Source: a virus
IMG/VR virus record: IMGVR_UViG_3300045988_081127
Span: 1 to 42,509 of that record
Direction: 5' to 3' (one strand)
Length of the DNA: 42,509 nt
The notes below the pieces were generated by a model. It saw only the letters and a program-made list of their open reading frames with translations, did not search any database and was not told the origin of the DNA. Both the position numbers and the translations under genes were made by a program. Below, piece by piece: positions 35,265-42,509 of this stretch; within the stretch, counting starts at the first letter, position 1, and the number at the start of each line of letters is the position of its first letter.

Positions 35265-35953
35265 CGGAGTGCCTCGTAGTTCTTGAAACCTTCGGCACGG
35301 AGGCGACAGGCCGGGCACTTGCCGCATCCGAAGCCCCACACGTGACGGGTTACGTGGTCGCCTTCGTAACACGTATGAGTTTCGTTGACGATGAAATCAA
35401 CGAACGTCTTGCCGCCGACTTCCTCAGCCGTCTGCCATTCCTGCGCCTTGGATTTGAACATAAAAGGTGACAGGAGGCGTATGGGATATTCCATCCCTGC
35501 GGTCAGAGCTTTCTCCAGCGGCTCAATAGCTTCGTGTCGGCAGTCGGGATAGCCCGAGTAGTCCGTTTCCGAGATGCCTAGTAAAACGTCGTGCGCGCCA
35601 ACTCGGTAGGCATATGCCGCCGCGTAGGTAGCGAAAAGAAGATTTCTGCCCGGCACAAACGAGGTGGGCAGTTTCTTCGTCTGATCCATGACAATCGGCG
35701 AGTCCTTCGTCAGGGCACAGTCTGAAAGGGCGCCGAAGGACTGGAGGTCTACAATCAAGTCATCACGAAGGGAATTGACGCCCAAAACGTTCTGAATGTT
35801 TTTCAGGATGCGTTGGCGGCAGTCCATTTCGACAGCGTGGCGCTGTCCGTAGAAAAACCCGATTGTGAAAACCTCGTCATACTTCTTCAGAGCCATCCCG
35901 AGCGCCGTGGTGGAATCCTGACCACCGGAAAAGCAGACTACCGCTTTACTCAT
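35261..35953 (-). CDS. queC: 7-cyano-7-deazaguanine (preQ0) synthase
   Basis: Trimmed to MSKAVVCFSGGQDSTT (PP-loop). C-terminal Zn cluster CYEG...CGKCPACRLR. 230 aa. Confidence 0.88.
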   Translation of the reverse strand: MSKAVVCFSGGQDSTTALGMALKKYDEVFTIGFFYGQRHAVEMDCRQRILKNIQNVLGVNSLRDDLIVDLQSFGALSDCALTKDSPIVMDQTKKLPTSFVPGRNLLFATYAAAYAYRVGAHDVLLGISETDYSGYPDCRHEAIEPLEKALTAGMEYPIRLLSPFMFKSKAQEWQTAEEVGGKTFVDFIVNETHTCYEGDHVTRHVWGFGCGKCPACRLRAEGFKNYEALR

Positions 35954-36599
35954 TTTTAACGAACTCCAAAAACTCAGCCCGAGCCTTATGGTCTTCACGG
36001 AAAACGCCGCGCATGATGCTCGTCGTCATCTGTGCGCTTTCGTCCTTAACGCCGCGCCAAGTCATGCAGGAGTGAGACGCCTTAATGACGATTGCGATCC
36101 CCAGCGGGTTAATCTTCTCCTCAAGAAGGCCGGCAATCTGTACGGCAGCTTCTTCCTGAATCTGCGGACGGGCGCAAACCCAATTTGCTAGGCGCGAGAA
36201 TTTTGAGATGCCGATTACCCGGTCTCGTGGAATAACGCCAATCCACGCCTTCCCGAGGATAGGCGCGAAGTGATGTGAACAAGTCGAACGAATGGTAGTG
36301 CTGACCACCAACATATCATCCAACTTTTTCGTGTTCGGAAAGTCGGTAGCCTTCGGCGCCGGAAGGTAGCGCCCGGCAAAGACTTCGGTCATGTACATTC
36401 GAGCAATTCGCTCAGCCGACCCCTTTGTGTTGGGATCGTTTTCGACGTCAATGACAAGCGCCCTGAGCAGAGCCTCAACCTTTTCCTCGACATCCTTCTG
36501 AATAATCTTTAGATCGTCTTTGCTCAGGTACTGGCTGATATTGTCGTTCGCTTTGAAGGGGACGCCCTTCTCGCGCAGTTTTTCGGCGTAGTCGATCAT
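35946..36599 (-). CDS. folE: GTP cyclohydrolase I
   Basis: DPNTKGSAERIARMY, STCSHHFAPI and HSCMTWRGV motifs. Confidence 0.85.
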   Translation of the reverse strand: MIDYAEKLREKGVPFKANDNISQYLSKDDLKIIQKDVEEKVEALLRALVIDVENDPNTKGSAERIARMYMTEVFAGRYLPAPKATDFPNTKKLDDMLVVSTTIRSTCSHHFAPILGKAWIGVIPRDRVIGISKFSRLANWVCARPQIQEEAAVQIAGLLEEKINPLGIAIVIKASHSCMTWRGVKDESAQMTTSIMRGVFREDHKARAEFLEFVKNE

Positions 36600-37462
36600 C
36601 TTTCCAAAATTCTCTGAAAGTTTCTAAAAAGAACCATGACTTGCTGCTGGTTCGAAACGGACAGAAATAACTTCGTTTTCAGGTTTTTTTCGTAGTCCAA
36701 CGATTTCAAAACCCATGAGTAGTAGCTAACTTCCTGATGCAGACTTGGCTTAGTCATGCTTGCGGAATCAGTCCAGTTCTCTTTCTTGGCCAGCGCCTTC
36801 GGATCAAATCCCCACCGCGTCAAGATTTCAAGAATCTCGCGCCTAGGCCGGGAAAGGAAATCCGACTTTTGCAGGCTTGTCATCTTTCCGCGCCCGCAAT
36901 AGATTGATAGAGTCCCAAACCTCTGAGCCGACAAAAGGGATGAGCTGTCGCACATATAGGGTTTGTAGAACTTCAAATATTGTTCGTTCGTAAACCCTAA
37001 TAAATGAACCTTTCTCCCATTTGCGTGCTTCATCACACGGCGGACGATGGATTTTCGGTTCTTGTTTCCGACCAGCCCGCCAAGGGCGACCAAATCCGAG
37101 GTCTCATAAAGTTCGTCGAGGCGGCTCAGGTCTTCATTGTGCGTAAATACGGGAACCGGCGTAAAACCTCGCTCGCGCATCTTCTCGTAGTTCTGAGCGG
37201 TCTTGTCCGGATCGCCCACCACATCGAGCTGGAAATAGCGCCACGGCTTGACAGGCATCGCCTCGATGAAGCGACAATAATCATCCAGCGTAATTACCTT
37301 CCCAGCGTTATGCGCGGTAAACGCGCCCGAGTCAAGCAAAAACCGGTATGGCAGGGTTTGATTTTTCAGGACTTCAAATACATCCGGTTTACAGTACGGA
37401 TAGGCAACAAGGAAGTTAAGCCTAGGAGTATTCGTATCCAATTCCGGCGGCGTCGAGTGCAT
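36596..37462 (-). CDS. dpdA: DpdA-like DNA-guanine transglycosylase
   Basis: LLDSGAFTAHNAG...LVALGGLVG...VHLLGFT resembles phage DpdA/TGT-like proteins and is adjacent to the preQ0 genes. Start set at ATG 37462 (the track M1 is TTG 37504). Confidence 0.7.
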   Translation of the reverse strand: MHSTPPELDTNTPRLNFLVAYPYCKPDVFEVLKNQTLPYRFLLDSGAFTAHNAGKVITLDDYCRFIEAMPVKPWRYFQLDVVGDPDKTAQNYEKMRERGFTPVPVFTHNEDLSRLDELYETSDLVALGGLVGNKNRKSIVRRVMKHANGRKVHLLGFTNEQYLKFYKPYMCDSSSLLSAQRFGTLSIYCGRGKMTSLQKSDFLSRPRREILEILTRWGFDPKALAKKENWTDSASMTKPSLHQEVSYYSWVLKSLDYEKNLKTKLFLSVSNQQQVMVLFRNFQRILER

Positions 37463-37982
37463 TCGTGATAACTTCCTTGGCCTGCGCCTCGTCTTCGGCG
37501 GCAATCTTCAAAACGATGCGGGAGCCGGTATCGGACTCGCCATCCTCGTCTAATTCAGGGATATCAGAATCCCACCCGTTCAGAACGTTGCCAATCTCGA
37601 CCTCAGAGAATCCTGTTTTATCGAGGTCGTAGCCTTCAATCTTCAAATCCTCGAACTCGATTTTTAACAGTTCATCGTCCCAGCCCGCATCTAGCGCCAC
37701 TTTGTTATCGGCAATGATGTAGGCGCGTTTCTGCACGTCGCTCAGTCCGGCTAGTTCGATCACCGGGACTTCACTCATGCCGAGTTTGCGCGCGGCGGCT
37801 AGACGGCCATGGCCTGCGATAATTCCGTTTTCTCCGTCGACTAAGATCGGATTTGTCCAGCCGAACTCTTTAATTGACCCGGCGATTCGGGCGACTTGAT
37901 CGTCTGAATGCGTGCGGGCATTACGTGCATAGGGGATTAAATCCTCAATGCGGCGATAGGATACTTTCAGCTTTTCGGGCAT
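37422..37982 (-). CDS. ParB N-terminal (sulfiredoxin-like) domain protein
   Basis: IPYARNARTHSDDQVARIAGSIKEFGWTNPILVDGENGIIAGHGRLAAARKLG. Acidic C-half. First gene after the late terminator. Confidence 0.75.
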   Translation of the reverse strand: MPEKLKVSYRRIEDLIPYARNARTHSDDQVARIAGSIKEFGWTNPILVDGENGIIAGHGRLAAARKLGMSEVPVIELAGLSDVQKRAYIIADNKVALDAGWDDELLKIEFEDLKIEGYDLDKTGFSEVEIGNVLNGWDSDIPELDEDGESDTGSRIVLKIAAEDEAQAKEVITNALDAAGIGYEYS

Positions 37983-38017
37983 AAAAAAAGGCCATCAGGA
38001 GGGAGCTTCCTGATGGC
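37983..38017 (-). terminator. Strong intrinsic terminator immediately upstream of the late genes (tR'-like)
   Basis: 10-bp stem GCCATCAGGA/TCCTGATGGC, 7-nt loop, then TTTTTTT on the minus strand, directly abutting the ParB-like ATG. Confidence 0.8.
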
Positions 38018-38168
38018 TTAAATCGGAGAACAATTCCAATTCCTACGGAGTTTCAGAATTTCAGAAAACCACCGGAAAGCGAGATGCTGCGATTCTGTTG
38101 GGCGCGAAAACGCAGGCCACAGCCTGCATTCCACCCGCTGATACACAGCTTCCAATTTTCCATAACGA

Positions 38169-38174
38169 ATTATA
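38169..38174 (-). promoter_or_regulatory. Perfect TATAAT -10 element (PR'-like late promoter candidate)
   Basis: Minus strand ...TTAGCCTTTTGAGGGCTGAGGCTTGTATAATTCG. About 40 nt after the Q-like stop and about 180 nt before the terminator. The -35 is poor. Confidence 0.5.
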
Positions 38175-38214
38175 CAAGCCTCAGCCCTCAAAAGGCTAAT
38201 TTGAAACGTACGAA

Positions 38215-38640
38215 TTAACCGTACGGATTACGGCCCTCGGCTCGACATATGGCCGCCTGAATTTGCTCAAGCGCCTGCCGTAAACGCTCCTGAATCGCGC
38301 GCAGGTTGACGCTGAGAAGGCGCCCTAAAAGCGCCCTGTCTCGCACGCTGTAGACGTACCACGCCAGTAGCAGGTCTTTCGAGCGCGCGTCTTTCAAGCT
38401 CTGCCACGCGGCATCAATCAACCAGCCTTCGGCATAATCACCCCGCGAGAGCGCCCGGGCCTGCGCCTCCTCATCGTCCGGCCATCGACGCTGATCGTCC
38501 TTCCCGAAAAGTTTCATATGCCGATATAGCATCGTTTCAGCGTAATGCGGTCGGTCTTTGACGACGCGGCCCCAAATCTGCAAACGTTGATCCAAGGCGG
38601 CGAAATCGGTCGGGATTTGCAGGACGATATAGCGCGGCAT
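38215..38640 (-). CDS. Putative late-gene regulator (Q-like antiterminator or sigma-region-4-like)
   Basis: Trimmed to ATG 38640 (TAATG overlap with rusA). LDQRLQIWGRVV and a C-terminal HTH-like LLAWYVYSVRDRALLGRLLSVNLRAIQERLRQA. Position between rusA and the late promoter. Confidence 0.5.
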   Translation of the reverse strand: MPRYIVLQIPTDFAALDQRLQIWGRVVKDRPHYAETMLYRHMKLFGKDDQRRWPDDEEAQARALSRGDYAEGWLIDAAWQSLKDARSKDLLLAWYVYSVRDRALLGRLLSVNLRAIQERLRQALEQIQAAICRAEGRNPYG

Positions 38641-39071
38641 TAGCGTGTGACCTCGTAGAGCGTTATGTCTGCTAGGCTCGCGACAGAATACAGCTTTGTC
38701 GCGGTTTCTGAGCATATGCGCTTATCGTCATCGTACGCGACGCCGTTTAGTGCGTCCTTGACGATCTTAAGCAGGTTGTCGCCGTCGGGCTTTTGGTCGT
38801 ACGGCGCCAAGTCTGCGGCCTCGGTCCGGCGCTTTTTGCTCCACGACTTGGGCGGCTCAAAGAAGAATGCGCACTGAATCGCAAGCGGCACCCCAACGCG
38901 CTTATGAACGCCCTGCGCCCTCATGGCCTCAATGCAGGCGGCTCGCACTGCCGCCTCGTATCGCACGGTCTTTTCAGGCGTGTAGGCGAACCCTCTGCGG
39001 GTAAAGCGCGGGCGGGCCTTCCCGACCGGCTTCCCGGGAACGGTAAACCTCAGAATCTCAGTAAGCTGCAT
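38640..39071 (-). CDS. rusA: RusA-family Holliday junction resolvase
   Basis: FTVPGKPVGKARPRFT...PDGDNLLKIVKDALNGVAYDDD. GGAGG SD before ATG 39071. Confidence 0.85.
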   Translation of the reverse strand: MQLTEILRFTVPGKPVGKARPRFTRRGFAYTPEKTVRYEAAVRAACIEAMRAQGVHKRVGVPLAIQCAFFFEPPKSWSKKRRTEAADLAPYDQKPDGDNLLKIVKDALNGVAYDDDKRICSETATKLYSVASLADITLYEVTR

Positions 39072-39342
39072 TGACGTCCTCCGGACGCTGGGCATATCGC
39101 GCGACCTTGCGGGCACTCACAAAGCGCCCATACAGCTCTAAAAGGAACGCCGGGCCGTCGTCGATGTTCATGCGCACGAGCTTCCCGAAGGCGCAAAACG
39201 GCACCGGCTGAGCGGGCGTCGTGCGGAATTCAAGTAAAACACGCTCGCCGTATTCCGGCAGGTTTTGCAACCTCTCTTTTCGGCCCTTCGTGATCTCCTG
39301 CCACACCGTAAAATTTTGATTTGCAACCCTGATCATAGTCAT
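39058..39342 (-). CDS. Hypothetical protein (94 aa)
   Basis: Operon context only. Confidence 0.5.
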   Translation of the reverse strand: MTMIRVANQNFTVWQEITKGRKERLQNLPEYGERVLLEFRTTPAQPVPFCAFGKLVRMNIDDGPAFLLELYGRFVSARKVARYAQRPEDVNAAY

Positions 39343-39620
39343 GCCGCCCCCAGTGTTCTTGATTCTCTGAATTCATCAACGATCGCCCGAGCCTCTTCGG
39401 GCGTAATGTCCGCCTCATCGTGCCAGTGACCTGCGTCCTCAAGCTCTCCGGTCTTGCCCGTCTCGTCTCGTCGGTATAGGTGCCAGTCATGCGACGGAAA
39501 GAATTTGATGACGTACTTGCGCCCGGCCTCGTCCGTGACCTCAAACACCGTTTCAATGCTGTATCTCACCTTAGCCCCTTTGGCGGTCTCGACCGCCGTC
39601 ATGGGTAATGCTACGTTCAT
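39339..39620 (-). CDS. Hypothetical protein (93 aa)
   Basis: Operon context. Start uncertain (39620/39602). Confidence 0.5.
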   Translation of the reverse strand: MNVALPMTAVETAKGAKVRYSIETVFEVTDEAGRKYVIKFFPSHDWHLYRRDETGKTGELEDAGHWHDEADITPEEARAIVDEFRESRTLGAA

Positions 39621-39924
39621 TCGCGCGTAAAGCGGACTTCACGCGATCGGCTACACGTGCCATCCCGCCCGTTATCGTATCGTCATTGGCCTGTTTGATC
39701 TCCGAGCACGTGCAAAGCCGAATCAACGCTAGAAACGTTTCGCGGGTGCCTTCTCCGGCGACAATCTGCGTCAGCATCCGGCGGGCGTCGTAGGCGTCCA
39801 TAATAAGCGCTGTTTCGCGCGTATCATCCGCCGCCCGGCGCACGGCTTCGAGTAATAAGAGTTCTTCGTCAAAGTAGCCCGACGGCACGTCATACGGCTC
39901 ATCAAATCGCGGACTGGCGTTCAT
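39571..39924 (-). CDS. Hypothetical protein (117 aa)
   Basis: Operon context only. Confidence 0.5.
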   Translation of the reverse strand: MNASPRFDEPYDVPSGYFDEELLLLEAVRRAADDTRETALIMDAYDARRMLTQIVAGEGTRETFLALIRLCTCSEIKQANDDTITGGMARVADRVKSALRANERSITHDGGRDRQRG

Positions 39925-40151
39925 ACCCGACCCCCGAAAGCAGACTTAAAAAAGTCGTCGATCCTTTGACCTTCTGCGCTCTTGCATGATTTCGGCGCCC
40001 CCTGCATCCACAAGGTGCGCACGGCCTGAGCGCGCTGGTTGTGAATCTGCCGGTCAATGTCGTCGGCCAAATCGTACAGCGCGGCGCGTTTAAGCGCAGT
40101 CACGAGGTCTACCGCCCTTTGGCCGTCTATTTCGATTTTGTAGGTTGTCAT
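39921..40151 (-). CDS. Hypothetical protein (76 aa)
   Basis: ATGA-type coupling with its neighbours. Confidence 0.5.
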   Translation of the reverse strand: MTTYKIEIDGQRAVDLVTALKRAALYDLADDIDRQIHNQRAQAVRTLWMQGAPKSCKSAEGQRIDDFFKSAFGGRV

Positions 40152-40480
40152 GCTTCGGCCTCCTCGGGTTCATAAGGCGTCGGAATGAGCCGCCACGCCT
40201 GCACGCTGTAACGACTCCAGTCGCCCGCGAACCCTTTCCCGGCTTCAAACGGCCTGACCTCTACGCTTAAATGCCCGGTCGGCCCCTTAAGCGTCACAAG
40301 GTATCCGCCGTCCTTTGGCGGGTGCGTCGCTGCGTCGGTTTTGTCGTAGCTATGCCAGCCCTCACCGCCTCGGCTATCTAGCACCGTTTCGAGGGCCTGC
40401 GCGACTTCTTGCAACGTTCTTAGCGCCGCCGTCAGCTTGTATTCAAGCACGCGCGGTGCCATTCTTTTCCTGTCTGTCAT
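40148..40480 (-). CDS. Hypothetical protein (110 aa), possibly DUF551-like
   Basis: GGAGAA SD. The C-terminal W...P.P tail is reminiscent of lambdoid DUF551 proteins. Confidence 0.45.
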   Translation of the reverse strand: MTDRKRMAPRVLEYKLTAALRTLQEVAQALETVLDSRGGEGWHSYDKTDAATHPPKDGGYLVTLKGPTGHLSVEVRPFEAGKGFAGDWSRYSVQAWRLIPTPYEPEEAEA

Positions 40481-40490
40481 GTGTCATTCT

Positions 40491-40605
40491 CCTAGAGTTC
40501 GCGCCCGCCTAAACAATCAGCGGCAGTGCGGCGTCGGGCAAAAGGCGCCTAGAGTTCGCGCCCGTCTAAACAATCAGCGGGCAGTGCGTATTCAGGCAAA
40601 AGGCG
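40491..40605. repeat. Tandem ~57-bp direct duplication spanning the helicase stop codon
   Basis: 40491-40547 versus 40548-40605: CCTAGAGTTCGCGCCCG(C/T)CTAAACAATCAGCGG(G)CAGTGCG...GGCAAAAGGCG, a few mismatches and 1 indel. Confidence 0.85.
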
Positions 40606-41535
40606 CGGCAGTACCCTTTCCGCGCTGGTGCAGAACACGGCGCCTCTCTTGTCAAACCACAGCGGAACAAGCCCCATAAAGTCGCCGTTTCGTTGTTTAG
40701 AAATACGCAGGAGGGAGTCAGCTTCGTCCTGATCCTCAGTCGGCGTGAGTTCGCGCTGTTCTGCTAGTCGCTCCTTATCGAGGTTCCTGCGGATCAAAAC
40801 GAGGTTGTCAATTTGGTCAACGATCGCGGACGAGCCGCGCACCGCGAATTTATCAATCTCGTCCTTCTCGCTTCCGCCCTTTCGGACGTGATGAACGATG
40901 TGAATATGCACTGAGAGCTCACGGGCAATCTGACAGCACCCCTGAACGAATTCCTTCTGCCCGGTGTAGTCATCCTCCGCATGGACAACCTTCATGAGGT
41001 TGTCAATGAAGATGTGTTTACAGCCAAATTCTTTGGCCATCACCACCGACACGCCTAAGACGCCTTCAATCGTTATGGCCTGCTTCTCGTTTGAAAGGAG
41101 CAGACCCGCGTCCCGGCAGTACGCTAAGAAGGCTTGTATTTTCTTCTCGTTCGCCTGAGCGTCACATTTCGTAGGGAGGCGCCCCCATCCTTGCCGCAGC
41201 ATTCGATAAAGCGTCCGCGCGGGCGTCATCTCAAACGACTGAATGCCGACCTTCTGCCCGGCGGCTAAAAGCTGTAAGGCAACCTGCCCTGTGAGTAAGC
41301 TCTTGCCGTTCCCGTTCTGCCCGGCCCACATCGTAACCTCGCCTTCTCTAAAGGCTAGACGCTGGTCGAATGCGCACGGCGTGCCCGCTAAGCGGCCTTC
41401 GATGATGCCAAATAAAGGGTCTTCAAAGTGGTCAGGCCGATAAATCACGTTGCGGGCGGACTGTTGCCACGCGGCGAAGGCGGGCGAGTAGTCGCGCGGT
41501 TGCATCGTCATTTCACTTATTGTCTTGTCTTGCAT
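40549..41535 (-). CDS. DnaB-like (RecA-fold) replicative helicase
   Basis: Walker A WAGQNGNGKSLL, Walker B-like HIFIDNLMKV, KQRNG near the C-terminus. Start chosen at ATG 41535 (GGAGA SD); 41583 and 41511 are possible. Confidence 0.7.
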   Translation of the reverse strand: MQDKTISEMTMQPRDYSPAFAAWQQSARNVIYRPDHFEDPLFGIIEGRLAGTPCAFDQRLAFREGEVTMWAGQNGNGKSLLTGQVALQLLAAGQKVGIQSFEMTPARTLYRMLRQGWGRLPTKCDAQANEKKIQAFLAYCRDAGLLLSNEKQAITIEGVLGVSVVMAKEFGCKHIFIDNLMKVVHAEDDYTGQKEFVQGCCQIARELSVHIHIVHHVRKGGSEKDEIDKFAVRGSSAIVDQIDNLVLIRRNLDKERLAEQRELTPTEDQDEADSLLRISKQRNGDFMGLVPLWFDKRGAVFCTSAERVLPRLLPEYALPADCLDGREL

Positions 41536-41953
41536 AGGGTAGTTCTCCGAATTTCTGCCAGTGTTTGTTTTTAAGGTAAACAAGAATGCCGTCAGGTGTC
41601 CAATAACACGACTTGTCTCGTGCCTTGTCGCGGATCATCATCGCCAACTGGCGCGCTCTCCTCTCTGATCCGCGCACGTATTCGATCTCACAAGTCCGGT
41701 CGGTCCACACCTCGGGCGGGATGTCTGCTATGTTGTCGGACTCTCGTATGTAGTAGTTAATAGCGCCAAAAAAAGGTGCCTTCCCGTCTCCACACTCGAA
41801 CCCATCAGGAATTAGGCAATAGGCTGGCGCGAGTACGAATTTTATCTGCTGTTGTTCTTTCGGTCTGTATACGCCTATTTCTACGTCTGTGCCCTCAAGG
41901 TACCTACGAGAATTAAAAAAGGCGTCGATTTCTTCGGGCGTCAGCATGATCAT
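41513..41953 (-). CDS. Hypothetical protein (146 aa) between initiator and helicase
   Basis: ATGA overlap with the initiator stop. Confidence 0.5.
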   Translation of the reverse strand: MIMLTPEEIDAFFNSRRYLEGTDVEIGVYRPKEQQQIKFVLAPAYCLIPDGFECGDGKAPFFGAINYYIRESDNIADIPPEVWTDRTCEIEYVRGSERRARQLAMMIRDKARDKSCYWTPDGILVYLKNKHWQKFGELPYARQDNK

Positions 41954-42509
41954 CCAAAAAGCAGCCCAGCCGCTTCCTCCTCCTCTTCTTCGTCGGGTTT
42001 CCTGTTTGAAACCGCCGCACGCTTAAATTCATCACCTGCCTGAGTCTGCGTGACCTGTCGGCGTCCTCCGCTAGCTCCAAACTGGTTGCTCCTTCTGAGC
42101 CAGTTCCGCCACGTCGCTGGCCAGTCGCGTTTTACTGCTCCTGCTCCTGCCTTCGCTCTCCAGTAGTCTAGGAAGCAATCGAACTCAAAAGCTATCTGAT
42201 CTGTGGATAAGTCGGGTCGTACTTTAATCGCCTGCTCCCTGAGTTCATCAGTCAGCTCTGTGAACGTGATACGGCTTCCTTTTTTTTCTTTTTCGGGTTT
42301 AGGGGTAACGTCGTTACCGGTAACGACGTTTGGGGAAGCCTCGTTGTGCGAGACCGAGTCGAGCACAAGAGGAGCGTTAGCGTCCCCTTGTTCTCTTATA
42401 TGTTCTCTTATATGTTCTTTTCGGGGTAAAGATTTATACGGGGTCCCCGTAAACATCTTTAGGGGGTCCCCGTAAACATCTTTAGGGGGGTAAACATCTT
42501 TAGGGGGGT
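41950..42509 (-). CDS. Replication initiator, C-terminal part; ORF open to the right window edge
   Basis: The frame of track ORF 41950-42456 stays open upstream through the iterons (...YPPKDVYPPKDVYGDPLKMFTG...). C-domain FEFDCFLDYWRAKAGAGAVKRDWPATWRNWLRRS, acidic tail EEEEEE. Confidence 0.65.
   Translation of the reverse strand, partial: PPKDVYPPKDVYGDPLKMFTGTPYKSLPRKEHIREHIREQGDANAPLVLDSVSHNEASPNVVTGNDVTPKPEKEKKGSRITFTELTDELREQAIKVRPDLSTDQIAFEFDCFLDYWRAKAGAGAVKRDWPATWRNWLRRSNQFGASGGRRQVTQTQAGDEFKRAAVSNRKPDEEEEEEAAGLLFG
42390..42421. repeat. 12-bp tandem GTTCTCTTATAT x2 plus a partial copy, in an AT-rich tract next to the iterons
   Basis: Copies at 42390-42401 and 42402-42413, partial at 42414-42421. 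Encodes HIREHIRE in the initiator. Confidence 0.8.
42449..42509. repeat. Three further iteron copies (one separated by a 5-nt TCCCC spacer)
   Basis: GTAAACATCTTTAGGGGG at 42449-42466, then copies at 42472-42490 and 42491-42509. A degenerate copy lies at about 42424-42445. Confidence 0.85.

Noticed and set aside
36640-36670. GGTTCGAAAC-like string suggestive of a tRNA T-arm
   Set aside because: It lies inside the dpdA coding frame with no cloverleaf context. I found no tRNA genes anywhere in the window.
38053-38163. 36-aa ORF (MENWKLCISGW...) inside the late leader
   Set aside because: It has no SD and starts at about the predicted transcription start. It more likely belongs to a non-coding leader RNA.

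Overview
The window reads as an essentially complete ~42.5 kb genome of a contractile-tailed dsDNA phage. All calls come from reading the sequence and ORF track; no database search was run. The sequence is linearised inside its own replication origin. The same 18-bp iteron sits at both window ends, and a replication-initiator ORF is split by the junction but stays in frame if the ends are joined. Plus strand 719-6895 is an early/recombination arm: an orphan Panacea/DUF4065-like gene, ERF, SSB, a Gp157-like protein and many unknowns, ending in an insulated 248-aa + RHH cassette. Minus strand 346 -> wrap -> 38215 is the early/replication arm: Cro-like, initiator, DnaB-like helicase, RusA and a Q-like regulator. 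A perfect TATAAT, a ~180-nt leader and a strong terminator precede one long minus-strand late transcription block (37982 -> 6980). It opens with a ParB-like gene plus dpdA-folE-queC-queD-queE, a 7-deazaguanine DNA-modification module. Then come terS/terL, portal, a Mu F/SPP1 gp7-like head protein, protease-scaffold, capsid, neck, sheath, tube, a chaperone with a -1 frameshift, tape measure, baseplate, fibres and a lysis cassette (holin, M15 endolysin, Rz with embedded Rz1). The most unusual item is a 324-aa intein in the Mu F-like gene (29403-30374). Its whole interior is mirrored codon-for-codon by an antisense 317-aa ORF that looks like a genuine HTH-HTH-Vsr/PD-(D/E)xK-type homing endonuclease. 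Other notable items are a lower-GC, three-fold Zn-ribbon HEG-like gene between sheath and tube, a 7-repeat Kelch-like fibre-locus protein, a 57-bp tandem duplication of the helicase 3' end, and no recognisable integrase or CI-type repressor.
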